Shown one piece after another: positions 29,022-40,118 of a stretch of 64,000 nt of DNA. Numbering within the stretch: position 1 is the first letter of the stretch; every line of letters starts with the position of its first letter. Location: contig JBDGUI010000013.1 of assembly GCA_042216015.1 (NCBI GenBank), positions 1-64,000 on the forward strand, in the 5' to 3' direction. The translations under genes and the position numbers were made by a program. The stretch is from Halodesulfurarchaeum sp. Lineage in GTDB: Archaea; Halobacteriota; Halobacteria; Halobacteriales; Halobacteriaceae. Below the pieces are notes generated by a model that saw only the letters and a list, made by a program, of their open reading frames with translations, was not told where the DNA came from and did no database searches.

Positions 29022-30821
29022 CTATTTTCCCCAGAATGGGTCTTTCTTCCGTCGCTTTTCGAGAAACATCGCCAGGGCCTCGCGTTCGTCGGCCGGGAGA
29101 TCCTCGCGAAGCTCCTGCTCGAGCACCTTGGCGTGGTTCTCCGGCACGTCGACCCAGAGGACGTCCTCCTCGTCGATTCCGCGGCCCACCGTCGGCCCCT
29201 CGATGGAGACCGCAGCCCGCTCGCCGGCCCGCAACTTCTCGACCTCCTCGCCCTCGTCCTGGATCGTCTTCAACACGCCCACGCGCTCGAAGTCGCCGTT
29301 CTCGAGAAAGCCGACGGGGACGTTCCGGCCCAGGGTCCCCGTCGCGACCTCCACCCCGACCACCGCCGGCCCCGACTGGCGGAAGACGTGATCCCGGAGA
29401 ATCCGGAACCGGGCCGGACGGATGACGTTCTCGAAGACGGCCTCGCGCTGGCGCTCGCGGATCCCCTCGACGAATTCCTCGTAGTCCTCGATGAGCTGGT
29501 AGATGACGTCGTCCTCGAAGAGCTGCACGCCCGACTCGGCGGCCAGCTCGGCGGCGTCGTCGTGTACGTCCACGTTGAACCCCAGGATGGCCTGATGGGT
29601 GCCCTCCTCGGCCGTGGAGGCGACGCTCACGTCCCGCGGGGCGACGTCGCCGACCTCGGCCCGCAGGATCGGAATCTCGGCCTCGCGAAGCGAGTTGGCG
29701 ATGGCCTCGAGACTCCCCAGGGTGTCGGCCTTGACGACGATTCCGTCGTCGTCGGTTTCGACGGCCACCTCGGCCAACTCCTCCTCGACCGCCTCGAGGA
29801 CGGTCTCGGTCTCGCGGTCGCCGACGACCCGGACCGGGGCGCCCGACATGGCGTCCTTGAGGTCCGGCGCGGCGATCTTCAGGCCCATCGCCGCGGAGAC
29901 CGACTCGACCCGCTCGAACCGCTTCTCCGTGCGGATCTCCGCGAGGTTCCGCGGCTGGAGCAGCGCCCTCACGGTGGTGACGATCGGCCCCTGTGTCCCA
30001 CCGACGACGATGGTATCGCCCTCCTCGATCGTGCCGTCATAGAGGATCACGTCGAGGGTCGAGCCGAATCCACGCTCCTCGGTGACCTCGAGGACGGTTC
30101 CCGCCCCCGGGCCCGCGATGTCGATCTCCATCTCCTCACTCATGTAGCGCTGGGCAAGCCCCATGAGGACCGCGAGCAGATCCGGGATCCCCTCGCCGGT
30201 CTCCGCGCTCACGGGGATCACGCCGACGTTCTGCTGGAAGTCGGAGACCCGCCAGTAGAAGTCCGCGGAGAAGCCCGCATCCGAGAGGTCCCCGATGATC
30301 TCATAGAGGTACTCGTCGAGGGTCGACCGGACCCGGTCGCTCTGGGCGTCGTAACTGGCCTTGCTCGGGGAGTCCGGGTTCGGATTCCACCCCGGAATCG
30401 TGTCGATCTTGTTCGCGGCGACGACGAACGGCGTCTCGCTGTCCCGCAGGATCGAGACGGCCTCGTGGGTCTGGGGCTGGAATCCGTCGCTCACGTCGAC
30501 CACGAGGATCGCGATGTCCGCGAGCGCCCCGCCTCGGGCCCGAAGCGTCGTGAAGGCGTGATGGCCGGGCGTGTCGATGAAGAGCAGGCCCGGCAGGTCG
30601 AACTCAGTCGGATCGACCAGGTCCCCCGCGATGGTCGAGACGACGTCGAGGGGGACCGCTGTCGCCCCGATGTGCTGGGTGATGGCCCCGGATTCCCCTT
30701 CGCTCACGGCCGAGCCCCGAACCGTGTCGAGGAGACTCGTCTTGCCGTGGTCGACGTGGCCCAGCACGGCCACGATGGGGGTGCGAAACGTGTCGGCGTG
30801 ATTTGACTCGGAATCGGACAT
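29022..30821 (-). CDS. infB: Translation initiation factor aIF5B (IF-2)
   Basis: [33 protein letters not shown]-terminal DPFWGK. Confidence 0.97.
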   Translation of the reverse strand: MSDSESNHADTFRTPIVAVLGHVDHGKTSLLDTVRGSAVSEGESGAITQHIGATAVPLDVVSTIAGDLVDPTEFDLPGLLFIDTPGHHAFTTLRARGGALADIAILVVDVSDGFQPQTHEAVSILRDSETPFVVAANKIDTIPGWNPNPDSPSKASYDAQSDRVRSTLDEYLYEIIGDLSDAGFSADFYWRVSDFQQNVGVIPVSAETGEGIPDLLAVLMGLAQRYMSEEMEIDIAGPGAGTVLEVTEERGFGSTLDVILYDGTIEEGDTIVVGGTQGPIVTTVRALLQPRNLAEIRTEKRFERVESVSAAMGLKIAAPDLKDAMSGAPVRVVGDRETETVLEAVEEELAEVAVETDDDGIVVKADTLGSLEAIANSLREAEIPILRAEVGDVAPRDVSVASTAEEGTHQAILGFNVDVHDDAAELAAESGVQLFEDDVIYQLIEDYEEFVEGIRERQREAVFENVIRPARFRILRDHVFRQSGPAVVGVEVATGTLGRNVPVGFLENGDFERVGVLKTIQDEGEEVEKLRAGERAAVSIEGPTVGRGIDEEDVLWVDVPENHAKVLEQELREDLPADEREALAMFLEKRRKKDPFWGK

Positions 30822-30979
30822 AGAACTCTCCGAGAAACTCGGTACGTCGACTAACCCGTCGCCGAAAGTTAACTCCATCGTCACGGGGCCGAAGTGCCCC
30901 CGACTGGGGGTGTCGCCAGCCGGGAACCCCGGCGGGTCGGCCCACGGCATTTAAGGTCGCGGGTCGAGTCCCCTCGGGT

Positions 30980-31222
30980 ATGGCCGATATGCTCGCAGAA
31001 ACCCTCTCGGGGAAGTCGGTGATGGGGGCCGACGGCACCGAACTCGGGGAGCTTTACAACGTCACGATGGATCTGGAGACCGGGCGACTCGAACATCTGC
31101 TCGTTTCGCCACTCGAGGAGGGATCGGCGCAGGTCGACTTCCCGACGGACGAGGGCGGTCGCTTCGAAATCCCGGTCTCCCGGGTGCAGGCGGTCAAGGA
31201 CTACATCGTCGTCGAGCGGTAG
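30980..31222 (+). CDS. PRC-barrel protein (likely cell-division CdpB2 type)
   Basis: LSGKSVMGADGTELGELYNVTMDLETGRL...VQAVKDYIVV; position between infB and nob1. Confidence 0.85.
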   Translation: MADMLAETLSGKSVMGADGTELGELYNVTMDLETGRLEHLLVSPLEEGSAQVDFPTDEGGRFEIPVSRVQAVKDYIVVER

Positions 31223-31681
31223 ATGTACGTGCTCGACGCGTCGGCGTTCATCGAGGAGTTCGAGACGGAGGAACCGGTCGCGACGATCCCCGCCGTCCGC
31301 GAGGAACTCAGGGACGGCGCGGGCTATCGCTACGACGCCATGGAGGGGGCCGGGATGCACGTTCACATTCCGGACGCCGACATCCTCGACCGCGTTCGTC
31401 GCGTTGCGAACTCGACCGGGGACCTCGACGTGCTCTCCGGGACCGACCTCCGGTTGCTCGCGGCGGCGTCCGAACTCGATGGGACCCTGGTGACCGATGA
31501 TTACGCCATGCAGAACGTCGCGGACGCGCTCGAACTGACGACGAAGGGCATCGCCCAGGACGGTATCACCGAGCGGCGGGACTGGCACTTCCAGTGTCAG
31601 GGCTGTGGTCGGGAATTCGAGGAATACCACGATCGGTGTCCGATCTGTGGCTCCGATCTGGCCCGGAAGAACCCGAGTTGA
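31223..31681 (+). CDS. nob1: NOB1 family rRNA maturation endonuclease
   Basis: VLDASAFI PIN motif, LSGTD, TDDYAMQNVA, CQGC...CPICG zinc ribbon. Confidence 0.93.
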   Translation: MYVLDASAFIEEFETEEPVATIPAVREELRDGAGYRYDAMEGAGMHVHIPDADILDRVRRVANSTGDLDVLSGTDLRLLAAASELDGTLVTDDYAMQNVADALELTTKGIAQDGITERRDWHFQCQGCGREFEEYHDRCPICGSDLARKNPS

Positions 31682-31724
31682 TCGGCCGGGATGGGCCGAG
31701 ACCGCCGGGTATCGGGCCGGCGGA

Positions 31725-32801
31725 TCACAGGCCCCCTGACGTGACCAGCAGGTAGGCGAAGACGAACTGCACCGCGTTGTAGGTCCCATGGACCAGTGCC
31801 GGCACGACCACGTTTTCCGTACGCTCGTAGACGATCCCCAGCACCAGCGAGATGACGAACAGCTGGAGCAGGGTTCCGAATATCGCCGAAGGAGGGCCGG
31901 TCGCATAGGCCGGCAGGTGGATCGCGGTGAAGACGAGGGTCCCCACGAGCACCGCTGACGGCCGGGAGAACCCGTCGTAGAGGTGCTTCTGGACGATGTT
32001 CCGCGAGAGGAGCTCCTCGCCCGGCCCGATGGCGAGCCAGGACAGCGGAACGAAGACGAGCAGGATCATCGGCGCCTCCCGCGCCTCTTCGACCAGTCCG
32101 TGTTCGGCCGAGGGGATGCCAAGTAGCCCGGTGAGGACGCCCAGTCCGCCGAGGAGGCCGAACATCCCGATCGTTCCCCCGATCACGTAGAGCCACCCCC
32201 GCCTCGTCGGCATCGCCACGTCGATGAAGGACCAGTCGCGGTCGGTCAGCACGAGGTACCCGATGGCGACGACGCCGAGTCCGAGGCTGAACGCGACGGT
32301 TCCGACTCCGCTACTCACGACCGTTCCGCGGCCGGCGACCACGAGGGAGGCTCCGATCGAGAACAGGAATCCGACGAGCAGTCCCGTGAGACCGATGAAT
32401 AGGGCGTCGGCAGCGTAGCGGCCCCGCACGAGTACGGCCCGGCGATCCTGCCCCAGGTAGTCGCCGGTCGCCACGCCAAGAGCGAGGAGGCCGACGACGA
32501 AGGCGACCGGAACTCCCACCCCGACTCCCTTCCCTGCCGACGGGTGGAGGACTGCGACGCTCGCCGCTGCCAGCAGACCGCCCGATCCGATCCCGGCGAG
32601 GACGGTCGATCGCCGGTCCGCGAGGCCGTACCGGCGGAGGGTGAAACCTCCGAACGCGATCAGGCCGAACACCACCCCGGGAACGCTCTCGACCGGACCG
32701 ATGGCGACCGGATCGATCCACCGCAGAAAGCCGGTTGCAACCCCGACTCCGGCCAGGACGAACCCGAGTGAGGGGGCGAACCGATCGTCGGTCCCGGTCA
32801 T
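31725..32801 (-). CDS. CPBP family intramembrane metalloprotease
   Basis: EELLSR, FTAIH, HGTYN motifs; multiple TM segments. Confidence 0.88.
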   Translation of the reverse strand: MTGTDDRFAPSLGFVLAGVGVATGFLRWIDPVAIGPVESVPGVVFGLIAFGGFTLRRYGLADRRSTVLAGIGSGGLLAAASVAVLHPSAGKGVGVGVPVAFVVGLLALGVATGDYLGQDRRAVLVRGRYAADALFIGLTGLLVGFLFSIGASLVVAGRGTVVSSGVGTVAFSLGLGVVAIGYLVLTDRDWSFIDVAMPTRRGWLYVIGGTIGMFGLLGGLGVLTGLLGIPSAEHGLVEEAREAPMILLVFVPLSWLAIGPGEELLSRNIVQKHLYDGFSRPSAVLVGTLVFTAIHLPAYATGPPSAIFGTLLQLFVISLVLGIVYERTENVVVPALVHGTYNAVQFVFAYLLVTSGGL

Positions 32802-32832
32802 CCGGTTTCACCGTCCATTCCCGCGATCCGAT

Positions 32833-34140
32833 TCATGCAGCCCCACCTCCATTCGCTCCGCCGTCGTCGATCACGAGGTCGTCGTTGGCTTCGAGGGTCC
32901 GCTCCCCCTTGAGGAGTTCCCTGGCGGTCTCCTTCCCCCACTCCACGGCGGGCTGGGTGAACGTCTCGACGCCGGCCAGCTCGCCGGCCATGATGCAGGC
33001 CGCCTCCATCGTGTAGAGCAGCTCCCCGATGCCCGCGGCGTCGAGCGAATCGATCTCGATCCGGACGGTGGGAACCCTGGATTTCCGGAGGCTCGCCTCG
33101 GTCGCCTCGAACTCCGCATCGATTAGTTCCCGGAGGTCGGCCCCGCCGAGATAGGAGAGCTCCTCGTGATCGGCTTCGGGGATGGGAACGGACTGGCGCT
33201 TTGTGGGACGCACGAGGGTCACCACCTTGTCCGTCGGGCCGGCCCGGTAGAGCTGGAGCTGTGAGTGCTGGTCGGTCGCCCCGAGCGCGCGGGCCGGGGT
33301 CTGGCCCCGCCCGTCCTTACCGAGGCTCTCGGCCCAGAGCTGAGCGAACCACTCCGCGAACGGCTCGAGGCCCTCGGCGTAGGGCATCATCGCGGCGACT
33401 GTTGCGCCTCGCTCCTCGAGGGCGTGCATCGTTGCGCCGTAGGCGTAGGCCGGTGACTCGAAGAGCGAGACCGAAAGCGAATCGGCCGCGCGGGTTCCCC
33501 CGGCGAGGATCGCCTCGAGGTCCAGCCCCTCGAAGGCGGCCGCCGCGAGACCCACCGCCGACAGCGCCGAAAACCGGCCGGGGACGCCCTTCGGCACCGA
33601 GAGGACGGGAAGCCCGTGGTGCTCGGCGAGCGAGCGAAGCGGTCCCGAGTCCCCGGTCGTGACGACGGTCCGCTCGGTCCAGTCCACCCCCGCCCCCGCC
33701 ATGGCGTCCCGGATCACGAGGAAGTTCGCGAGCGTCTCCGCGGTCGTTCCCGACCGGGAGACGACGTTCATCGCCACCGTCGAGAGGTCCAGTTCCTCGA
33801 GGAGGGAGGCGGTCGCAGCCGGGTCGACGTTGTCGAGAAAGCGGGTGTCGCCGTCGCCGTCGAGCGCCCCCGTGATCGTCGCCGCTCCCAGGGCGCTCCC
33901 GCCGATGCCGACGGTCAGAAACGTCTCGGCCGGACGAACCTCGTCGACGGCCGTCTCGATCCGGTCCGGATCGGTCCGTTCCGGGAGATTCAGGGCCGCG
34001 TAGCCGTGTTCGTCCCGTCGGCGTCCGGCCGCAATTCGCTCGGCGGCGGTTGCCACGCGCCCCTCGAGGGTCTCGAGATCCGACCGGGAGACCCCGATCG
34101 GTCCGTGCTCGGCGAGGGCGTATCCGAGATGGAGTCGCAT
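32833..34140 (-). CDS. pgi: Glucose-6-phosphate isomerase
   Basis: GIGGSALG, VSRSGTTAET, GRFSALS, QLWAESLGK, TDQHSQLQLY, QPAVEWGK. Confidence 0.95.
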   Translation of the reverse strand: MRLHLGYALAEHGPIGVSRSDLETLEGRVATAAERIAAGRRRDEHGYAALNLPERTDPDRIETAVDEVRPAETFLTVGIGGSALGAATITGALDGDGDTRFLDNVDPAATASLLEELDLSTVAMNVVSRSGTTAETLANFLVIRDAMAGAGVDWTERTVVTTGDSGPLRSLAEHHGLPVLSVPKGVPGRFSALSAVGLAAAAFEGLDLEAILAGGTRAADSLSVSLFESPAYAYGATMHALEERGATVAAMMPYAEGLEPFAEWFAQLWAESLGKDGRGQTPARALGATDQHSQLQLYRAGPTDKVVTLVRPTKRQSVPIPEADHEELSYLGGADLRELIDAEFEATEASLRKSRVPTVRIEIDSLDAAGIGELLYTMEAACIMAGELAGVETFTQPAVEWGKETARELLKGERTLEANDDLVIDDGGANGGGAA

Positions 34141-34213
34141 ACCTGCAGTGTGGTCCGGGGACCTAAGTCGTTTTCCGGTTCGGCGGCGGGTTTTTACGAG
34201 GCCGATTCCCCGA

Positions 34214-34828
34214 TCAGAGCCCTCCGAAACTGGCGGCGACGTCCCGCTCTTCCACCCCGGCCCAGCCCTGCCCCAGCAGCCCCACGATGACTGCCCCGAC
34301 CCCGTCGAACAGGAGATCGAGGACGCTGTCCTGCAGGCCGTACTGGACGAGCAAGGGCTGCTGGCCGATCGATCTCAGGAGCATCCGGCCGAGGAACTCC
34401 ACGAGTTCCCACGCCACCCCCGCGGCCATCGTGAACAGGACCACGTAGAGAAAGAGGAAATCGCCGGGCAACGAGATGCTCGCGGAGTGTTCGTCGAGTG
34501 CCCGGGCCAGCGCGTATCCCACGCTGGCCAGAAGCGCCGCCGAGAGGGTGTGCGTGAGGTGGTCCCACCACCAGACCGTCTCGTAGGACCCGGCCATTCC
34601 GAGGGTGTGAAGGAGCACGGCGATTCCGATCCAGAGCGCGAGCGGTCGGCCGACGGAGATCGACGCCATCCGAGAGAGCGCCCAGGGAAGCAGCGTCGTC
34701 GCCAGGCCGAGCAATCCGTTGACCACGAGGACACCATTGCCCGCGAGGAGTCCCCACGCCACGATGACCCCAATGAGGAACCGAATGCCACGAAGCACGG
34801 TCGTGCTGAGGGGTGCCACGGTGGCCAT
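34214..34828 (-). CDS. Membrane protein with WWDHxxH / WExxEF / D motifs
   Basis: LHTLG, WWDHLTH, WELVEF, DSVLDLLFD; start at ATG 34828. Confidence 0.75.
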   Translation of the reverse strand: MATVAPLSTTVLRGIRFLIGVIVAWGLLAGNGVLVVNGLLGLATTLLPWALSRMASISVGRPLALWIGIAVLLHTLGMAGSYETVWWWDHLTHTLSAALLASVGYALARALDEHSASISLPGDFLFLYVVLFTMAAGVAWELVEFLGRMLLRSIGQQPLLVQYGLQDSVLDLLFDGVGAVIVGLLGQGWAGVEERDVAASFGGL

Positions 34829-34912
34829 TGTACCGGGTCGGTCATAAGCCCAAACTTTTGACCTTTCTGTGACGACAATTATAAGGCCACAGGTCCAGTA
34901 TCCCCTCCAACG

Positions 34913-35542
34913 ATGATGGCCACCACCCACGCCCTCGTGGGGATTGCGATCGCGGCCGGCGCGTCGCTGGTCGTCCCCGAAATCACCGTCATCGGGGTGT
35001 TCGCGGCTGCAGCCGGCGGGATCTTCCCCGATCTCGATCTCTACGCGGGTCACCGGGAGACACTCCACTTCCCGATCTATTACGCGTGGCTGGCCGCGCC
35101 CGCCGTCCTGTTGGCCGCCCTTCTCGCGATGCCGATCGGGTGGGCGGTTGCGCTCTTCGTCGTTGCCGCTGGGGCCCACTCGGTTATGGACGCGGCCGGC
35201 GGGGGCCTCGAACTGCGTCCCTGGCGGGGCACCTCCGACCGGGCCGTCTACAGCCACTATCACGGGCGGTGGCTCCGCCCCCGTCGGATCGTGCCCTACG
35301 ACGGTGCCCCCGAGGACCTCGTGCTGGGTGGGCTGGTCGCCATTCCCGGGTTGCTCGTCTTCGACGGGGTGCTCGCCCGGGTGATCCTCGTGTTGCTGGG
35401 ACTTTCGGCACTCTACACGCTCGTCCGCAAGCCCATGGTCTCGGTCGCGGAGTGGCTCTTCGAGCGGGTTCCCGGATCGGTCAGGTCCTGGCTCCCCGAG
35501 CGCTTTCTCGAGGAGAGCGTCGGCGCAGATACGAAGTCTTAA
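34913..35542 (+). CDS. Membrane-bound metal-dependent hydrolase (YdjM-like)
   Basis: MMATTH, PDLDL..HRETLHFP, HSVMD. Confidence 0.85.
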   Translation: MMATTHALVGIAIAAGASLVVPEITVIGVFAAAAGGIFPDLDLYAGHRETLHFPIYYAWLAAPAVLLAALLAMPIGWAVALFVVAAGAHSVMDAAGGGLELRPWRGTSDRAVYSHYHGRWLRPRRIVPYDGAPEDLVLGGLVAIPGLLVFDGVLARVILVLLGLSALYTLVRKPMVSVAEWLFERVPGSVRSWLPERFLEESVGADTKS

Positions 35543-35567
35543 CCACCGCGCCGCCTCAGAGCCCGAT

Positions 35568-36428
35568 ATGCCGCAGTTCGAGGTCCCGGAGGTCGATTAC
35601 AGCCGGTACTCGAACCGCCAGCTTCTTTCGATCCCGCTGGCGGTGCTTCTCGTTGCCCTCCTGATCGTCGGTGGGATGTGGGTGATGACCGGTTCGCCGG
35701 CCGACCTGGGTGTTGAATTCACGGGTGGATCGGAACTGACCGTGGAGACCAGTCTGTCCTCGTCGGAACTCGCCGCACAGTTCGAGGAACCCGTCGTGTC
35801 CGTCCAGGGAATCGAGGGCGGGAACAACTACATCGTGACCTTCGAAACGGCCAACGTTGAAGCAGTTCGCGACACTGCAGAGGCCCACGAGTCGATAACC
35901 GTGCTGGGGAGCGGGGAGACCGATCCGGTCTTCAGTGACGAGAACAAGAAGTGGGCCATCATCGGGCTGGCCATCGCGTTCACGGGGATGAGCATCGTCG
36001 CCTTCGCCCTTTTCAGGACCCTCGTCCCGAGCCTGGCGATCGTCGTTTCGGCGTTCTCTGACATGCTCGTTCCCATCGCAGTGTTCGACCTCCTCGGGTT
36101 GAAGGTGACCCTGGGGACCGTCGCCGCCCTCCTGATGCTCATCGGGTACTCCGTGGACTCCGACATCCTGTTGACCAATCACGTGCTTCGGCGCTCCGGT
36201 GGCTTTTATGAGTCGACCGTCCGGGCGATGGAGACCGGTGTCACGATGACAGTCACCTCTATCGCGGCGATGGCCGTCATGGCGGTCGCCGCAACCTTCT
36301 TCGGGATCGAACTCATGGCCTCGATCGGGCTGATTCTCGTCATCGGTCTGAGTATGGACCTGGTCAATACCTACATGTTCAACATCGCCCTGCTTCGCTG
36401 GTACAAGTACGAGGGGGTGGCGCGATGA
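35568..36428 (+). CDS. secF: Protein translocase subunit SecF
   Basis: GVEFTGG, AALLMLIGYSVDSDILL. Confidence 0.95.
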   Translation: MPQFEVPEVDYSRYSNRQLLSIPLAVLLVALLIVGGMWVMTGSPADLGVEFTGGSELTVETSLSSSELAAQFEEPVVSVQGIEGGNNYIVTFETANVEAVRDTAEAHESITVLGSGETDPVFSDENKKWAIIGLAIAFTGMSIVAFALFRTLVPSLAIVVSAFSDMLVPIAVFDLLGLKVTLGTVAALLMLIGYSVDSDILLTNHVLRRSGGFYESTVRAMETGVTMTVTSIAAMAVMAVAATFFGIELMASIGLILVIGLSMDLVNTYMFNIALLRWYKYEGVAR

Positions 36429-37975
36429 ACGTTCGCGAGAACTGGCGACTCGTTCTGCTCGCCGTGTTGATCGTGCTGAGTGGGGTCGCGCTGTTCGTGC
36501 CGGGCGCCCCGGCCGGGGCCGTCGAGAGCGAGGCCGGGAATCAGTCAGCGGGAGTGACGAACCTCCAGTACGGAATCCAGCTGGACGGCGGCACCAAGAT
36601 CCGGGTTCCGCCGGTCGGGATCACCGCCGAGGGGGTGGCGGTGCCGGCAGACCAGGAGACCCCACTCGCCCAGTCGATCGCCCAGCGCCTTGGCATCGAC
36701 ACGATCGACGTTCGGGTGGCAAGCGAGACGAGCACCGTGGAGGTGTTCAGCAAGAACGTGACCCACTCGGAGCTCCGCACGGCGCTGGAGGCGAAGGGAT
36801 ACGATCCATCGGAGATCCGAGAGGGCGTCACCACGCACACGATGAACGCCCTGGTCGAGCGCGTCGAGGAGAAGCTGAGCAAGTCCGCATTGAGCGGGGG
36901 CTCAGTCCAGAAGATGACGCTCGGTGGCCGACAGATCATCAGCATCACGGCCCCCGATCGGGACCGCGAGGAACTCGTGAGCATCCTCGAGGAGCGAGGG
37001 GTGGTCAGGATCTACGCCGTGACTCGGGCCGAGAACGGGACGTATGTCCACACGCAGGTCCTGAGCCAGGACGACTTCGCCAGCGTCGGGAATGCCGGGA
37101 CGAATCAGAACGGCAAGCCTGGCGTGGAGGTGACGATCGAAGGCGCCGTCGCCGAAACCTTCTCGAACCGGATGGCCGAGCTGGGCTTCGGCGACGGGTC
37201 GACGTGTACCGTCGACGCGGCGGCACACGACTCCATCGAGACGATCGAGGGCCAGTGCATGGTGACCACGCTCAACGGCAACCCGGTCTTCGTGGGCGGG
37301 GTCGAACCCAGCCTCGGGCAGGAGTTCGCGAGCGGGGACTTCGCCAAGAGCCCGACCTTCACCATGACGACCACCTCGATGAAGCAGGCCCGAAACCTCG
37401 AGTTGAGTCTCAAGGCCGGACGGTTGCCCGCACCCCTCGACTTCGAGCAGGCCGATAGCCTCTCGGTGTCGCCGGCGCTCGCCGAGCAGTTCAAAACCAA
37501 CTCGCTGATCGTCGGGATACTCGCGGTCATCGCGGTGAGCTTCGTGGTCTACTGGCGCTATCGCCGGCCGGAGATCGCTGCGCCGATGGTCGTCACGGCA
37601 CTCTCGGAGGTGTTTCTCCTGCTCGGGTTCGTCTCCTTCGTGCAGTACCCGCTCAACCTCTCTCACATCGCCGGGTTCATTGCGGTCATCGGGACCGGGG
37701 TCGACGACCTGGTCATCATCGCCGACGAGATCCTCCAGCAGGGGGACGTGGCCACCGGGCGGGTCTTCCAGAGTCGCTTCCGGAAGGCCTTCTGGGTGAT
37801 CGGCGGGGCCGCGGCGACGACGATCGTCGCGATGAGCCCGCTGACGGTGCTCTCCCTGGGCGACCTCTCCGGCTTCGCGATCATCACCATCGTGGGGGTC
37901 CTCATTGGGGTCTTCATCACCCGACCGGCCTACGGGGACATCCTGCGAAACCTGATGCTCGTCCGAGGGGACTGA
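36425..37975 (+). CDS. secD: Protein translocase subunit SecD
   Basis: LQYGIQLDGGT, AGRLPAPL, IAVIGTGVDDLVII; overlaps the secF stop. Confidence 0.95.
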   Translation: MNVRENWRLVLLAVLIVLSGVALFVPGAPAGAVESEAGNQSAGVTNLQYGIQLDGGTKIRVPPVGITAEGVAVPADQETPLAQSIAQRLGIDTIDVRVASETSTVEVFSKNVTHSELRTALEAKGYDPSEIREGVTTHTMNALVERVEEKLSKSALSGGSVQKMTLGGRQIISITAPDRDREELVSILEERGVVRIYAVTRAENGTYVHTQVLSQDDFASVGNAGTNQNGKPGVEVTIEGAVAETFSNRMAELGFGDGSTCTVDAAAHDSIETIEGQCMVTTLNGNPVFVGGVEPSLGQEFASGDFAKSPTFTMTTTSMKQARNLELSLKAGRLPAPLDFEQADSLSVSPALAEQFKTNSLIVGILAVIAVSFVVYWRYRRPEIAAPMVVTALSEVFLLLGFVSFVQYPLNLSHIAGFIAVIGTGVDDLVIIADEILQQGDVATGRVFQSRFRKAFWVIGGAAATTIVAMSPLTVLSLGDLSGFAIITIVGVLIGVFITRPAYGDILRNLMLVRGD

Positions 37976-37979
37976 CGGC

Positions 37980-38621
37980 TCAGAACGCGCCCAGATCGGA
38001 CTGGGCGGCCGCCGCGAGAACGTCGGCACTCGTTTGCCACGACCGACGAGCACACGGGGGCAACTCGCCGTGCTGCTCGACGTACTCCTCGAGAAAGTGA
38101 CGTGTCCGTTCGTCCCCGGGATAGCCGCTCCCGATGGGAGGGTCGTAGCGCTCCCCGAGCGCGGCGATGTGGTCGTCACGGGTGACCTTGGCCACGACGC
38201 TTGCGGCACTCACCAGTGGGTGGTGCTCGTCGGCCCGGTGTTCGGCCCGGATCGTGAGGTCGGCGTCCACTTGCCCTGCCACCCGCCGGCCGAACCGATC
38301 GGCGTTCACGTCGGCAGCGTCGACGGTGCCGGACTCGCCCGCCACGTCGACTGCCTCGAGTGCGCGGGCGTGGGCCTCGACGGTGAGTTCGTTCATGTCA
38401 GTTGTGGGGTCGTCGATCCGGGCCACCGGAACCTCCGCGAGTCCGATCGAGACTGCGGGGTCCTCACGGAGTCGGTCTGCCAGTTCCTCGCGTCGCTCGG
38501 GGGTGAGGGTCTTCGAGTCGGCGATCTCCCCGGGGAGTTGCCCGGGGTCGGCGACGACGCTCGCGGCGAACATCGATCCGAGCACTGGGCCCTTTCCCGC
38601 CTCGTCGACGCCGAAGGGCAT
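37980..38621 (-). CDS. rnhB: Ribonuclease HII
   Basis: GVDEAGKGPVLG, DSK, VSAASVVAKV.RD, GSGYPGD. Confidence 0.96.
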   Translation of the reverse strand: MPFGVDEAGKGPVLGSMFAASVVADPGQLPGEIADSKTLTPERREELADRLREDPAVSIGLAEVPVARIDDPTTDMNELTVEAHARALEAVDVAGESGTVDAADVNADRFGRRVAGQVDADLTIRAEHRADEHHPLVSAASVVAKVTRDDHIAALGERYDPPIGSGYPGDERTRHFLEEYVEQHGELPPCARRSWQTSADVLAAAAQSDLGAF

Positions 38622-38699
38622 GGCCGAGTCATCGACGACCCCTCGGTTAGTCGTTTCGGGACCGGTCGGGGACAGTCCTCCGGGCCGGATCCATCGAAC

Positions 38700-39986
38700 T
38701 CAGGCCGGCGGCTCCCGAAAGTACGCCTCGTCCTCGAAGGGCTCGTCCTCGCCCTCGACGGCCAGCACGTCGAGGGCGGTCACGTGGCAATCGACGCCGA
38801 GTTCGCCGGCGAGGCTGGGGGTGGTTCGGCCCGCGTCGGAACTCACGAGTTCCTTGACGTAGAGCCCTCCTTCGCCGTGGATCTCGACGGTGGCCTCGGT
38901 CGGCGACTCGAGGGTCCCCGAGATGGCATAGACCTCGCGGGTCCGGACCTTCGAGGCGCGCCGGTGGTCGACCCGGCTCGGGGTCTCCTGTTCGATGGTG
39001 GCACCGTCGAGCGCCACGAGGGCCTCCTCGAAGGCCGTCTCTTCGATCGGTTCCTCGAAACTCACCTGTGCCCGGTAGGTCTTCGAGGCGGGGAGTTCCT
39101 TCACGCGCTCGACGCTCTCGTATGTCGCGAGGCGCAAGCCCTCGACCTCGACTTTCCCGTCGGCGAAGTCGTTGACGCGCTCTTCGAGCGTCTCGACGTC
39201 GGGGAATCGGTCTCTGGGCGCCTCGACCTCCACGACGAAGGGGCGGCCGGTCCCGAGCATTTTCGCGTCGATGTCCTCGCGGCCGGCGCCGTGAAACGTC
39301 GAATCCGCGCCGTCCATGGCCGCTTCGATGGGTGGGGCGGTCAACTGCTCGACGGACTCGGGGTACTGGTACCCGGTTCCGTCACAGTAGACACACGGTT
39401 CGCCCGACCGGGTGCCCGAGCCGCCACACTCCCGGCAGGGCCACTCGGTCTGGGGGATGCCCCGTTCGAGTTTGCGGTAGCGGCCGTAGACGAACCCCGA
39501 GTTGATCGTCGCTTCGACCGTGTCCTCGGCGACATCGATCACCAACTGGACGTCCGGGCGCTCGAAGTCGGCGGTGGCGCCGGTGGCCTCGCCGATTCGC
39601 TTTCCCACCTCGCGATTCATCTCGGAGTTGAACCGCTCGCCCGCATCCTCGGATAGATCGGCCAGCTCGCGAAGCATGGTCTCGTTCTCCTCGATCAGCG
39701 GCGAGGGCCGGGTGCCGACCTGATAGGTCTCGAAGGCCACGTCGCCGATGGCCGCGACCGCCCGCTCGGCCCACTCGTCGAAGGTAGCGGTCTCCCCCTC
39801 ACAGACCCAGCACTCCCCGGGCGCTTCGAAGGGCTCGTCCCTCTCCATCGCGACGGCGACCCGGAGCCCGCGGCCCCGCTTTGCGTTCGTCAGTCCGTGG
39901 CTCAGGTGGGCGAAGGGCCGGCCAAGGCAGGGGTCACAGAGCGGCCCGGTTTCGAGGACCGAGCCTGCGTCGGCGAGCAGCGTCAT
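38700..39986 (-). CDS. pus10: tRNA pseudouridine(54/55) synthase Pus10
   Basis: CDPCLGR, GRYRKLERGIPQTEW, HGAGREDID, GGLYVKEL. Confidence 0.95.
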   Translation of the reverse strand: MTLLADAGSVLETGPLCDPCLGRPFAHLSHGLTNAKRGRGLRVAVAMERDEPFEAPGECWVCEGETATFDEWAERAVAAIGDVAFETYQVGTRPSPLIEENETMLRELADLSEDAGERFNSEMNREVGKRIGEATGATADFERPDVQLVIDVAEDTVEATINSGFVYGRYRKLERGIPQTEWPCRECGGSGTRSGEPCVYCDGTGYQYPESVEQLTAPPIEAAMDGADSTFHGAGREDIDAKMLGTGRPFVVEVEAPRDRFPDVETLEERVNDFADGKVEVEGLRLATYESVERVKELPASKTYRAQVSFEEPIEETAFEEALVALDGATIEQETPSRVDHRRASKVRTREVYAISGTLESPTEATVEIHGEGGLYVKELVSSDAGRTTPSLAGELGVDCHVTALDVLAVEGEDEPFEDEAYFREPPA

Positions 39987-40118
39987 GGGGGAGTCTACCG
40001 AGCGGAGGGGTTCGTATGCTTCGGTCCGGACCCGTGGACATCGCCCACTGCATCGTGCCACCACCGTTCCTGTCGAAATGGATACTTCTTTGTGGCCCGC
40101 GGTCGGTGTCTCACCCGT